Origin: a virus
DNA length: 64,000 bases
Virus record (IMG/VR): IMGVR_UViG_3300020119_000126
Coordinates: 1 to 64,000 of that record
Reading direction: 5' to 3' (one strand)
Shown here: piece after piece, positions 27,310 through 38,363 of the stretch
Position numbering within the stretch: the first letter of the stretch is position 1
Layout of the letters: the number at the start of each line of letters is the position of its first letter
Notes under the pieces: generated by a model
Database searches by the model: none
What the model was told of the DNA's origin: nothing
The model's input: the letters and a program-made list of their open reading frames with translations, nothing else
Program-made: the position numbers and the translations under genes

Positions 27310-30063
27310 TTATGTGTAAAGCGGAAGGTAACGCGCCGTGGTGCCATCCCATACTTTCAGCCACTTGGTAACTGTGGCTGTATTAGCAGGCGTACCACTC
27401 ACATCATTGGTGAATGTTTCGGTACTGGCTGCGCCGGAGCCGGGGTCGCTGTGGACGCGCACGCCGCCTGCTGCCGGGATAGACGCTTGAATAGTTCCAC
27501 TTGTCCGAAGCTGAATAGGCTGTGCATCTGTCACGTAAATTTCAAAGGGAGCGCCAATCGCGCCAGCCATTCTAAAGCTAGTACTGTCGCGAACGATGAT
27601 GGCAAAAGTATCGCGAAACGCGAGAGATGAACTTGATCCAGCGGCAGGATCGATGGTGACTCGATGGTTTACTGGATCAAGGCTTAGCAAGTCAACTTCA
27701 GTGCCGATGTTGTAGGCGCTAAATGTCATAAGCGCATTGCGACTCGCATCCGTTGCCGTGGTCCAGATGGTGCGGATGTGGCCCATTGCCCGCTGCGTGT
27801 TAGTTGATGAGTGGCCGTCGAACTCAAGGCCAGTGCCAAAGCCAGCGGCGGGAGTGCCGGATGAGTTGTGTAATACTGTAAGCACGTTGGTTACGGTAGC
27901 GGTAGCAGCGTCTGTAGCGACTTCAGTGATTATCCCGCGAATGGCAACTGCATTAGCGGTATTGTTTGTTCCGATGACCACCGGGCCATTGGAGCCAGTT
28001 GCGATATTTACAGTACCGCCACCAGAGCTATTGTCGAAGCGACCCGATCCGTTGATAAATATATTGGTGGAAACCTGAAGACTACCAACTATGTCCAGCG
28101 CTTGCGTTGGCGTGACCCCGATCCCCACGCGGCCATTCGTAGTATCCACGGTCAGCACAGCAGTGCTACCGTCAGCCTTCGTGAGCTTGAGGGCCGTGGT
28201 AGAGTCGGCTAGTGGGGCGATGGTGGATAGAGCCAACACACCAGCAGAGGTAATCTTGACTTTACTAACACTACCTGTCTGAAAATCCGCCAGAAGCTTC
28301 GATCCAGCAGCGGCAAGCGCGTTTGTCTCAGTTACGTTGATTTGAAGTGCCGTGTAAGGCTGAGCGGCTGGTGCGGTCTGATTGATCTCAGGTTTGATGT
28401 TGACCATGATAAGCGAAGTGCTGCCAGCGGTAGCATTGTAGATGCCTGAGACTTCAACCTGAGTCATGCCGTTTTGCGAAAAGGTATTTGCTGCCCCGCC
28501 GAAAATCGTTCTCAGACCAAAACCGGGCTGCACGGTCAGCGTTCCTGGTGAACTAAAGGTGCTTAGTGTGGCCCCGCCGCCATTACCCAGAGACAATCCC
28601 GTAGCGCCAATTCGAAAGGAGGCGATATTTGGGCTTAGCAAACCAGTGCCGTCAGCATTAAGGTTGAGAAGGTCAACTTCAGTTCCGCTGTTGTTATACG
28701 TTGAGACAGCGAAGTTTACCGTTCGGCTGGCATCTGTAGCCGTACCCCAGGAGAACCTAAAGCGCCCCATATCGCGACTTACTGTCGTGCTACTTTGACC
28801 CTTGAAGGCCAGCCCAGTTCCGTATGATGCGGCGGGGGTTCCGCTGGTGCTATGGTCCAGCACGAGGACGTTGGTGACGGCGGCGGTGGCGGTGTCGGTG
28901 TCGATGACGTGCAAACGAGCGGAAGGCGCGGCTGTTGTTGCGCCGCCTATTGACACGAAGCCCGTCTTGTCGATGAACATGTTAACGGTTTAGGTTGACC
29001 CGCTTGGCGTGCCAGAAATGAAACGGATTTGCCCTTCGCCTTGTACGGGGGTAGTAGGATAACCTGCCGTCAGAAAAATATTGCCGCGTTGAGTGCTGGC
29101 CGCACTAAACGCATTGCCGCGTGCGCCGAAATACGGGCCATTTGTGTTCAGGAAGCCCGTACCATACCCGGCAACCATAAACCCAAATGTGTTGTTGACG
29201 GCCCCAGTTGATGTACTGCCTACATAAATGACATTTACAGACGTGCCACTAGCTTGATTGAGAAGTAGACCGCTACGTGTCTCAACAATATCACTTGCGC
29301 TAACAAGCAGGCCAGCCAACGTATTGCCGCCACGATTCAAGGTCAGGTAGGAGTTGGAGGTATCGTAAAAGAGCGACCCCTCAAGGGTTGACCCGTTGAA
29401 AAGAGAGACTGACGGAAACGTAAACCCGGCGCGATCAACCCTTACGCCCTGCGAGTTTCCGTCATTAAAGACATGAAACTTGCCAGTGGGAGTTCCGCCG
29501 ATCCCGATCCGGCTGTTCGTCGTATCCACGGTTAGCACTGCCGTAGTGCCATCGGCCTTCGTGAGCTTCAAGGCTGTAGTGGAATCAGCGGAAGGCGCAA
29601 GGATTGGCCCGACAAATCGGGTCGTAGCGGTGATAATGGTGCCCGTAATCGCCGCTGGCGTCGTATTGCCAATGGCGGGTGGCGCAGCGAAGTCACTCAG
29701 CAGGCTTACTGTTCCGGCTTTATCAGGCAGGACATACACCCTATCCGCCGTGTTGCTGGTACCGTCGAAGGTGCGGACGAAGCCGTTCGTCCCCTTCCAG
29801 CTAAAGCGATTGCTGCTGTCAATGTAAATCCGACTGGCGGCGGTAGGCGTACCCGGCGCAGTGCTATTAGCAAGCTCAAGGTAGTCGCTAATGGTAGGGT
29901 GAGCGATAGTCGGTCCCGTCGCCAGCACGACACTGCCGCTGCCTGTCGTTGGTGCAGCCGAAGCAGCCGTGACACGGCCCTTGGCATCAATGGTGATGGT
30001 AGCCAGCACCACAGTAGCAGGTGTAACGATATTAGGCAGGATATTGAGCGAGCTACCAGGCAT
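27310..30063 (-). CDS. Tail fibre, split into two in-frame ORFs by TAA at 28990-28992
   Basis: G/T/S-rich, VGIG.TP fibre motifs; module ADSTTALKLTKADG.TAVLTVDTTN occurs on both sides of the stop. Confidence 0.75.
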
Positions 30064-30064
30064 A

Positions 30065-31237
30065 CTAGACCTTCTTCAGATATTCAGACTTGATCCACGC
30101 CGGGAGTAGAACTTGCGTCCAGCCAGACTGGTCGCCTACCGCTTCTATCTGTTCGCCTGTATTCATCATCTTGATGATGGTGCCATTAGGGGTCAGGCGA
30201 ACACGAACAGGACCATCCACTACTTCGGCTGTGCCGTAAATAGGTTCTGGCTGCTTTGTCTGGACAAAGAGGCATTGCCTGCCGTAGCCCATGTCAGTCA
30301 GCGCCTTATCGACCTGACCTGTTGGTACAACGAGGCTTTTGCCGCTATTAGGTGCCCAATAGTCAGGGTCATGAATAATAAAATTATCCTGATCGTCGTA
30401 TCCTATAACGACAAAAAAGTGCCCATCACTGCCCGGCACCCTATCAGCCTGATCCAGTCGGCCTAGAATATCCCTATAAGCGACAAGACAAATAACAGGT
30501 CGGCCTGCATCAATCTCTGCCTTGATAGTGGGAATAGCGACGTTGCTCACGGTCTTGGTGGTCAGGTTATAGAGGCCAGCCAGAGTCACAAGCTGCGGCA
30601 CGGTTAGACCCGCATCGGTATAGCGCAGTGGCGTGTCCATACTCAGGCGGTCAACTGTGGCATTAGACTTATTGTAGAAAGCTAACAGCATGGCTACGCA
30701 GGCGACTCCACAGTCGTTTCTACGGCCATTAGCTCCAATGCCCCATTGTGTGATGTAAGGTACGTTGAGAGTGACCACTTTAGATTCCTTTGGCAAAACT
30801 TGAATGAATTGATTATCCATTGCAGCTAGACCCTGGCTAAGATGCTCTGGCGTGATATCTTGACGGCCAATATTCGGATCAATGATGGTAAAATTCGGCG
30901 TGCCGAACCCAATCACGACGATAGCGTGTGGTCCATACCAATCTACAGCCACAATGACTGGTCTACCTTGACGCAGTTCTGACCTGAGATAATCCAGGGT
31001 CAGGCCAATGCCATAAGTCACAGGCACGCCCTGGCTGGTGATGAAGTCGGAGAGGTCCATCAGGTAGACCCCTGTATCTGCCTTTGGCATCAGACGGGCA
31101 CTAATCTGATCTACAGTTATAGTAAGTTTGCTATAAAACTTCAGCAGCATAGCCGCGCAGGTCGGGGCACAGTCATTGATGAACTTACCTGCATCGGGTT
31201 CGGTTTGCAGGAGCACAGGGACATTGATAATGGTCAT
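30065..31237 (-). CDS. Tandem C39-like cysteine peptidase with SH3-like C-terminus (putative lysin); contains palindrome copy 10 (30894-30907)
   Basis: Two repeats of NDC..[TA]C.AMLL...H..VVIG...I.DP; terminal VRVRLTP...GWTQV...WIKSEYL. Confidence 0.78.
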   Translation of the reverse strand: MTIINVPVLLQTEPDAGKFINDCAPTCAAMLLKFYSKLTITVDQISARLMPKADTGVYLMDLSDFITSQGVPVTYGIGLTLDYLRSELRQGRPVIVAVDWYGPHAIVVIGFGTPNFTIIDPNIGRQDITPEHLSQGLAAMDNQFIQVLPKESKVVTLNVPYITQWGIGANGRRNDCGVACVAMLLAFYNKSNATVDRLSMDTPLRYTDAGLTVPQLVTLAGLYNLTTKTVSNVAIPTIKAEIDAGRPVICLVAYRDILGRLDQADRVPGSDGHFFVVIGYDDQDNFIIHDPDYWAPNSGKSLVVPTGQVDKALTDMGYGRQCLFVQTKQPEPIYGTAEVVDGPVRVRLTPNGTIIKMMNTGEQIEAVGDQSGWTQVLLPAWIKSEYLKKV

Positions 31238-31959
31238 GCGGCTGCTAAGCCGTATTCATCGTTGAAATAGTTGGATATATCAGCTTGCTCTGTAGAATTT
31301 AGAGCCTTATTGAATAAAGCAAGTTCAGCAAACTGACCAGAAAAGACCGCAGTGAATCCAGTGTTAGGGCCAAAGCCAACATACAAGGACGTGTTACACG
31401 TGTTAACTGACAGGCCAGAACTTGCTTGAGAGGCCAGATTTGAACCTCTATAGAGAGTGCCAGAACTCAATATCCCGTAGATCAAGTACCAGGCACCTGT
31501 TGATACAGAGACACCGCTACTGTTTGTATTCCAGATGTCCACGTAGGCTGACGAGGATTGCACGGTCCACTGCCACATCTGGTCGTTACTAAAGGTGCAG
31601 CCCCAACCCAAGAAACTAGCTCTGGTGCTCACATCAGAAAACTTCACAATGGCATACATCGAGCGGGCAGCAGAGCCAGAGATACCAATGTTGCCTGATG
31701 TAGCCATATAACTACTGCCCCAGGTCAGAGCAGGTTTACCGTTAATTTGATTGGTGTGGTAAGTTGCTGTCGCGCCGCTCAAGCCAAAGCCGTTGCCAGC
31801 GCTATCGGCCCACGTTGTTGTTGTAGCTCCATCGGCCAGGGCAAGACTGCTGGCTTTATACCAGGCATAAACGCCAATATCAGCGGGCGTCCTGAGATAA
31901 CTCAGCGCTTTAGGGTCAATAGGGCCTGGATTACGAGAGCGAGTTCGCTGAGTAGGCAT
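31234..31959 (-). CDS. LamG/ConA-like tail receptor-binding protein
   Basis: W.D..GNG...ING.PAL...FSGQFAELALFNKALN. Confidence 0.7.
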   Translation of the reverse strand: MPTQRTRSRNPGPIDPKALSYLRTPADIGVYAWYKASSLALADGATTTTWADSAGNGFGLSGATATYHTNQINGKPALTWGSSYMATSGNIGISGSAARSMYAIVKFSDVSTRASFLGWGCTFSNDQMWQWTVQSSSAYVDIWNTNSSGVSVSTGAWYLIYGILSSGTLYRGSNLASQASSGLSVNTCNTSLYVGFGPNTGFTAVFSGQFAELALFNKALNSTEQADISNYFNDEYGLAAA

Positions 31960-32309
31960 TAAGTAATCCTGTTCACGAAGCCACTGATGACGATAACGTT
32001 GGCTGTCGCGCAGTATGCTTTGACAACCAGTGAATTTTGCAGCAATTCACCAGATACCACCAAAACCTTGCCTTCTCGTGGTGCAAGTGTTAAAGCTATA
32101 TCATCATCAGGTGAAGTGGTTCCACCCCATTGAATAATCAGTTCGCGATTGGCGGTATCAGTATTAACGGCATATAACCATATTTCATCAAGGTCAGATG
32201 TTCCGCTGACCGCCGTATGTATCGTGGTTCCCGGCGAAGATGTGGCTGCAACCTTAATTTGCTTGCCATTGGTGCTGCCGCTCAGTGGATATTTTGTGTA
32301 TGTCGCCAT
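31959..32309 (-). CDS. Virion beta-sandwich protein
   Basis: DEIWLYAVN...ISGFVNRIT. Confidence 0.65.
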   Translation of the reverse strand: MATYTKYPLSGSTNGKQIKVAATSSPGTTIHTAVSGTSDLDEIWLYAVNTDTANRELIIQWGGTTSPDDDIALTLAPREGKVLVVSGELLQNSLVVKAYCATANVIVISGFVNRIT

Positions 32310-33446
32310 TTAACTAAAGACCTGCACTTCTAGAATACTTCCGCCACCACCTGTACCGAAGTCGAGTTGAGCAACGCCACCACCAAGGTCAGTCAATGTC
32401 CCATTGGTCACATGGATTTCTGTGGCAGTGACCGAAGGGGTACCATCCTGCTCTTGGACAATGACTGATGTTGCGCCTGCTGTGTTGGTCAGTTCAATCC
32501 ATAGGGCTGCCCCGACTGAAGCGCTAAAACAGGCGTAAAGCCGCGAGTGTGTCTGATCCCACCAGAATGATTTATTGCTATAGCCTGCGCTAGAGTCGTC
32601 GCTTACCGAGGGGGCCGACGAAGCGCCAAAGTTACATTTAATGGCAGTTAGCGCACCATTGGCCGATGCTTGCTGAATGAGTCCTGGTCCACTGCTGGAT
32701 GACAGGTCACTGCCTGTACCGCCACGAGCTTGACCTAGTTGACCTGTGGTAAGTTTGGACGTATCCAGATTAGGGATGTCGCCAGAAGCCAAGGCTGCTA
32801 CTGTGACATTCGCGCCTGTGGTCGCTTGCTTGAGAAAGCCAGCACCAGTGGCAGACAGGTCAGCATTAGTGCCGCCTGCGGAAAGCGCCACTTTGGTCAT
32901 CGGCGTGGCCGTCACCCAGGCAGTCCAACCTGACTTATTCCACTTAATATCAACTGACCTGACCCGGACTGATTTGACCGTTGAACTGACATAAGGTAGA
33001 ACACTACCTGCAATCATCAGATTGACTGCACCAGTTTCGGCAGTATCATCAGCTACTTCAAACTCAAGGGTAACTGGTGTATCAACCCCCACTGTACAAC
33101 GAGCCAGGAAGCCACCCAGGACAGGAATGATGGTCAGGTTAGAAGGAGCCAGGGCATTCGTCGAGGTTGAACTGGTATTGCCTGCGGCTTGAGGATTGGC
33201 GTAGGAACCTATCACTATCCAGCGGGCTGTGCGGGGAGAGCGAATGAGGACTACGCGGTCATTCTGCTGTAGGGTTAGACCTTTGGCCGCATAAGCTGAT
33301 TGATATTTATTGCCTTCAAGTTTGACACGCACCTCAGAAGTAGCAACAGAAATAACGGTGCCTTCTTTAACCAGAACCTCAAGAGCGTCATCAACCAGTT
33401 TGCGAGTAGCATCAACGTCTGTCTTGTTGTAGAAGGTCTTTCTCAT
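32310..33446 (-). CDS. Tail tip/fibre protein
   Basis: N-terminal OB-like segment, FN3-like segment, GGT repeats. Confidence 0.65.
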   Translation of the reverse strand: MRKTFYNKTDVDATRKLVDDALEVLVKEGTVISVATSEVRVKLEGNKYQSAYAAKGLTLQQNDRVVLIRSPRTARWIVIGSYANPQAAGNTSSTSTNALAPSNLTIIPVLGGFLARCTVGVDTPVTLEFEVADDTAETGAVNLMIAGSVLPYVSSTVKSVRVRSVDIKWNKSGWTAWVTATPMTKVALSAGGTNADLSATGAGFLKQATTGANVTVAALASGDIPNLDTSKLTTGQLGQARGGTGSDLSSSSGPGLIQQASANGALTAIKCNFGASSAPSVSDDSSAGYSNKSFWWDQTHSRLYACFSASVGAALWIELTNTAGATSVIVQEQDGTPSVTATEIHVTNGTLTDLGGGVAQLDFGTGGGGSILEVQVFS

Positions 33447-34648
33447 GGTTCGCCGTAGAAATACTTTCGTCCTGTACCACTCACCCGGAAGGTACCTGCT
33501 TCACTTGACCAGTTCAGGCTATCAACGATATAGCTGGTCGTACCAGCATTCAGGTCAGAAATAGCCAGACGGTCTTCTAGTTCAAGTAAGACTAGGCCAA
33601 AACTGTCAAAGCGTGCTTGAAAGGCTTGCTCTTTGGAGCGAATCAGCATCTCTAGGCCGATGGCATAGCAATCATCAGCATTCCAGGCCGAGGTATTCTG
33701 AAGTTCCTTAAAGCGGGTCTTATAACCCCTGACCATGTCATAGTCAAAGACCCGCACCCAATGGAATGCCCCAAGCACTCGCGCCTCAGTAAAGATTTGC
33801 CGAATATCAATAACCTCATTGATATAGAACTGCTTGGAACGGGTCAGAGATAAGCTGACTGACCTGGCTTTAGGTTTCCAGACCTTCAACTTCCCATTCC
33901 AGCGCATCCAATATTTAATATAGCGATCCTCAATCGCCCGCTGAATGGCACCAATAGGCGCTTCACCAGGATCGAGACTGCTGATAGTGATAATCTCACC
34001 CAGGTTTGCCACGCGAATATCGCTGAAGATAAGCTCGCCTGCCGATAGGTTCTGAGCCACCATGAGACCCATCTTAAGGAGTGATGAACTGGCGCTATTA
34101 TCAGCAATAGTCGCCACCAGTTCATCGTTGACCCATACTGAGATATAGAGTGTGCGCAGTGGCGAGTCAGAAGATGCTTGAGCATCACGCACGGCAATTC
34201 GCGCTCGACCCCAATCAACTATCTCAAGGCCCGATAGCTCCTTCTCATAAAGCATAGAGGTAATGCCATCGACGCCTTTCATCAGAGAAAGATAGCCACC
34301 TGAGTCATACTTCACCCGATACCAGTTATTATTGCCATCTGACCTGATATAAATCCCCCACACGCCGACATGAAAGGTAAAGTCAATAACATAGGAGTGA
34401 GGCATGTTGTCGCTGTACCACACGATAGAGTCAGCCACGGCAGCCGTAGTCGTGATGTCATTGCTATTCACGTCGATATGTAGACTGTCGGGTGTCCACT
34501 TCAGAGCATCGAAGGTATTGATAGTGTCCTCGAACTCAAAGCCGTGCAGTCCAGCAAAGGCCGCATACTTCTGAAAAACGCCTTCAATAGTCAGGGCATC
34601 GGCGTTGTCAGACATGTCAAACGAGTAGAAGCTGGCTACACTGGTCAT
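33443..34648 (-). CDS. Minor tail protein (hub-like C-terminus)
   Basis: Position in tail module; LELEDRL...YIVDSL. Confidence 0.6.
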   Translation of the reverse strand: MTSVASFYSFDMSDNADALTIEGVFQKYAAFAGLHGFEFEDTINTFDALKWTPDSLHIDVNSNDITTTAAVADSIVWYSDNMPHSYVIDFTFHVGVWGIYIRSDGNNNWYRVKYDSGGYLSLMKGVDGITSMLYEKELSGLEIVDWGRARIAVRDAQASSDSPLRTLYISVWVNDELVATIADNSASSSLLKMGLMVAQNLSAGELIFSDIRVANLGEIITISSLDPGEAPIGAIQRAIEDRYIKYWMRWNGKLKVWKPKARSVSLSLTRSKQFYINEVIDIRQIFTEARVLGAFHWVRVFDYDMVRGYKTRFKELQNTSAWNADDCYAIGLEMLIRSKEQAFQARFDSFGLVLLELEDRLAISDLNAGTTSYIVDSLNWSSEAGTFRVSGTGRKYFYGEP

Positions 34649-37600
34649 GGATGGACACCTCCAATGTCATAACGTTCAGTCAGATCAGCAATGGCATTGC
34701 AGATAAAATGGCCTAAACCACCAGGGTCAAGGGCAATCTGAGTAGCAAAGCCGTCAAAGGTAACATTGAGATTGGTGTCTGGCATGATTCCTACATCGGG
34801 ATTAGTCGGCCAGCCATTTAGCCGTGAGGCGAAATTGGCAAAGAAGTCATTACCGCCAACAGTGGCCTTGGCCCAGGTCTGTCCACCATCGGAAGTGCGC
34901 TGTACACTGCCGCTACTATATCTGATGTTGATATAATCACCATTGACGGTCAGGCTGTTGATAGAGCGAGAACGTCCTACCGTATTGCCAAAAGGTTCAG
35001 GAGAATAAAGCTGGTGCCATGTCCCATTGGCATCAAGGAATTGGTGATGATACGGAGTGCCGTTGTCATACCCTAGAACCATCACGGTCTTTTCGGCAGT
35101 ATTAGGCGTTCCGCCACTAAGGGTATAAGGAATATTGATCGCCCACCAGGGTATAGACGTATAGCTAGGGCCAGACGGGACTGCCCTGGTGGAAAAGGTT
35201 TGGCCGCCATCAAAGGATTCGCCTACAACGCCCCCATAAGAGCTAACGACAACATGTATATTGGTCCAGTTAGTAGCCCGCTGACCGATAGACAGGTCAC
35301 ATGGATAACCTGTGGGAAGGGCCGTGCGATGGATAGTAGCGAAATTATCGTAGGTATAAACGAAGTGAGTGCTGACACCAGTTTCCAGCCAGCAGAAATA
35401 ACCTTCCCAGTTGATACTGGCTGTGATGTCACCGAAATTACCCCAATCAGGATACTGGTGATGGCAACACCAGCGGTTATTCGTTAATGGCGTATGGGAA
35501 GTTAGCACCCATGAATTAGTGTGGACGTTGCTATTTATGGCTATACCCTGATCGCCTAGCATAATGAAGCGGTGCAGATGATAGGGGTCAGCCACAAAAT
35601 CAAACTGCGGTTCTGCAAATCCAGTTTTAAGAGCGTTCTGGATCGTGCTCCCAGGACTGAGGTCTGTCCATGATGGACTTCCTAATGCACCAGAACCATA
35701 GAAGAAGTAGCCCAATGAATCTACTGTGTAATAGCGTGAAGGCTTGAAACTATCCATCGGCCCCCAGGCTGAAGGCGCAGCAATAGAGATAATCGGCCCT
35801 GGGTCAGTAATGTCACCTGTGTCTTCGTCTGAATAAGCGCAAATAATATAACCGACATAACCTTGCAGCATGGCGGTAGAAGTATGGCCGACGATATAGG
35901 TATAAGACGGGTTGTATCGAGCACCGATAGCACTATAGAGAATAGTGCTCTCATAAATCTTGATGGTCGCGCCCTTGAACTCGACCCGAATACCAATAGT
36001 GAGAGCATTATCAGAGCGGTCAGTGAAGTCTGTGGTTGGCGTGAACGAGGCGCGAATACTATCTACACCACTATTGCGCTCGACCAGTTCAATCTTGCCT
36101 GACCAATAGTTGTACCAGACTGCCCAAAAGTTATCCTTATCCTGCGCCCGAATAAGCACGCCACCAAAGGTAGGGCTATCCGAGGCATTGGTTCCACCAA
36201 AGCTGGTAGGCGTGGGCAGGTCAAAGATTGCTGCGGCATGACCATCCTGCACTCGTCCTGAGCCAGTCGTATGAAAGCCAATGCTCTCACGATACTTGGG
36301 TTTGGCAACAAGCGCATTATTCTCAGTAGTAAAGACGCCTTTGACCGTGTCAGTATGGGCTAAACCAGAGTCAGTCTCGCCATTGATATTAGTAAAAGTG
36401 TCCAGGGCAGCCAGTTGGTTGTCCCATTGTTCAGCATGAGCACTTTCAATGCGGTCAGTTAACCAGGCCAGACGGTCACGAGTAGTAATCTGGATATTCT
36501 CAGATAGAGACTGACCATTACCTCTGACCTCTGGTCCAAGACTATCAATCTCCTCAATAGAAACCTGCACAGTGCCAAACTTGGCAATCAGGGTATAGAC
36601 CCCTGGGTTAATAAAGAATGAAGTCCAGAGAGCCTGGTCACGATTATCCAGCACGATGTTTTATGAACGAGCACTATTGATGCTAGACGTATAAGACAAG
36701 ACCCGGCTGGTCAGGTCCATGGTGAGGGCTTCAGGCGTATTATAGAATTCCAGGCAGCCCTCTGAGCTAACTAAAGCCGTTGGAGTTGCCAGGTAAAGCT
36801 TCTCACCTGACCTGACAATGGCAGCAGAGTCAGTGAAGTCACCATCCCCATCAGTGTCTACATCCAGGGGAATAATCTGCTCACTTGACCAATGTTTGCC
36901 ATCGCGTGAGGAGTAATAGGATGCCACCCTGTAGCCATAGCTGGTATCTACTTCATTACGGTCACCTTCAAAGCCGACGCTGGTTACCCATAGGGTGTCA
37001 TGAGAGTTCGGCACGCCGAATATTGAGTTCGTGCCCATAATCTTGGCTGAAGTGCGACACTGAATAGCCAAATCCCACTCGTCAAAAACCTGAACAGGAT
37101 ACCAGCGTGAAGTCTGAGCCAGACGCGAGTCCTGTGGTGGACGAATAATGAAGCTAATCAAGCCACCTGCGGGCACTGCCTGTTTAACAGGTAATCCTGC
37201 CACTGTCTTATAGGTATAAGTCGATGGCAGCATGGCTGACATGACAATGCAATGCCTGACCTCGGTTGTGGTATGGTCACCTGTCGTATCATCAGCTTTA
37301 GCCGTGAAGTCAATAGCATCCATCTCAAAGATGGTATTGGCCCAGGTCAAGTTCAGGTCATATTGATCCGTGGTATCTGCTGCAATAAGCGTATAAGTAC
37401 CATTTACATCGGTAGTTATGACATAAAGCAGAGGAATAGTGCCGACGACCACACTAAAAAAGGCAGGTTGAACAAAGTTCACTGAGGAATAACTCGTGTT
37501 AGTGCCCCAGGTCAAACCATCTAATGAGGTAGCCCGATAGACATAACCCAGGCTATTGATGGCATACACTTCCCAGGTCGAGCCATTCTTGATGACCTTG

Positions 37601-37899
37601 GGTTGGATACCAGGATACTGGTCAGTGTCAATTAGCTCTGGCGAAGCCCAGGAGCCACTGACATAAGCCTCGCAATACAGACTGAGTGTTGCCTGATCAA
37701 TATAGGCCCGAACCAGGGTAGTGTCATCAGCGTCAATTGAGAACTGGGTAGTCACATCTCGACTGATCCGACTCAGATAGGTATCAAAGGAAGGATTTTG
37801 ACGTTGGACCGTGAGTTCTGGCACAATATTGGCTGTAGCAGCCAAAAGCGCGTTGTAGTCATCTGAAGAAAGGCCAGACTCAGCTTGAGTGATGGTCAT
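34645..37899 (-). CDS. Large minor tail protein split by an in-frame TAA at 36661-36663; contains palindrome copy 11 (37007-37020)
   Basis: ORFs 36661-37899 and 34645-36654 are in frame (SARS*NIVLDNRD); BNR-like S.DG..W/F motifs in both halves. Confidence 0.65.
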
Positions 37900-38363
37900 A
37901 TAGCTCCTACCGTATTCATATCGACGAAGGCCAGATTGACGATTTGATATTGCAGCATTGGGTCAAGGTTACTGTCATAGCTCATGTCGTCGAAGAAGTA
38001 GATTTTTACAAATGAGGTGTGGCTGACCGTATCCTCACAGTGGTAGTTATCTACCAGAAACACCCGGCGCTTGAGCAAATGAATGAGCAGGTCAAAGGTC
38101 TCCGGGTCAACACGGACCTCATAGCGCATATCCTTGAAGATGATGGGTTCGCCTGATGATTTCAACACATGATCATGCGGCACGCCATTCAAAGCGCGTT
38201 CTAGACTTGACATGGTACTGAAGACTGGCAAGCGCTTTTGGACATGACCTATTCGATAAGGTGGCTCACCATAGACGCCGAAGCCAGTAGGACTGGTAGA
38301 CCATACACCAAGATGAAGATGATTGGTCAGGGTTTTAGGGGTATAGGAATATCCTGCTAACAT
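37896..38363 (-). CDS. Distal-tail-like protein
   Basis: Directly follows the tape measure gene via TAATG. Confidence 0.55.
   Translation of the reverse strand: MLAGYSYTPKTLTNHLHLGVWSTSPTGFGVYGEPPYRIGHVQKRLPVFSTMSSLERALNGVPHDHVLKSSGEPIIFKDMRYEVRVDPETFDLLIHLLKRRVFLVDNYHCEDTVSHTSFVKIYFFDDMSYDSNLDPMLQYQIVNLAFVDMNTVGAI

Noticed and set aside
27310-30063. Diversity-generating retroelement at the fibre repeats
   Set aside because: No reverse transcriptase in the window; the repeats are in-frame protein modules, not a template/variable pair
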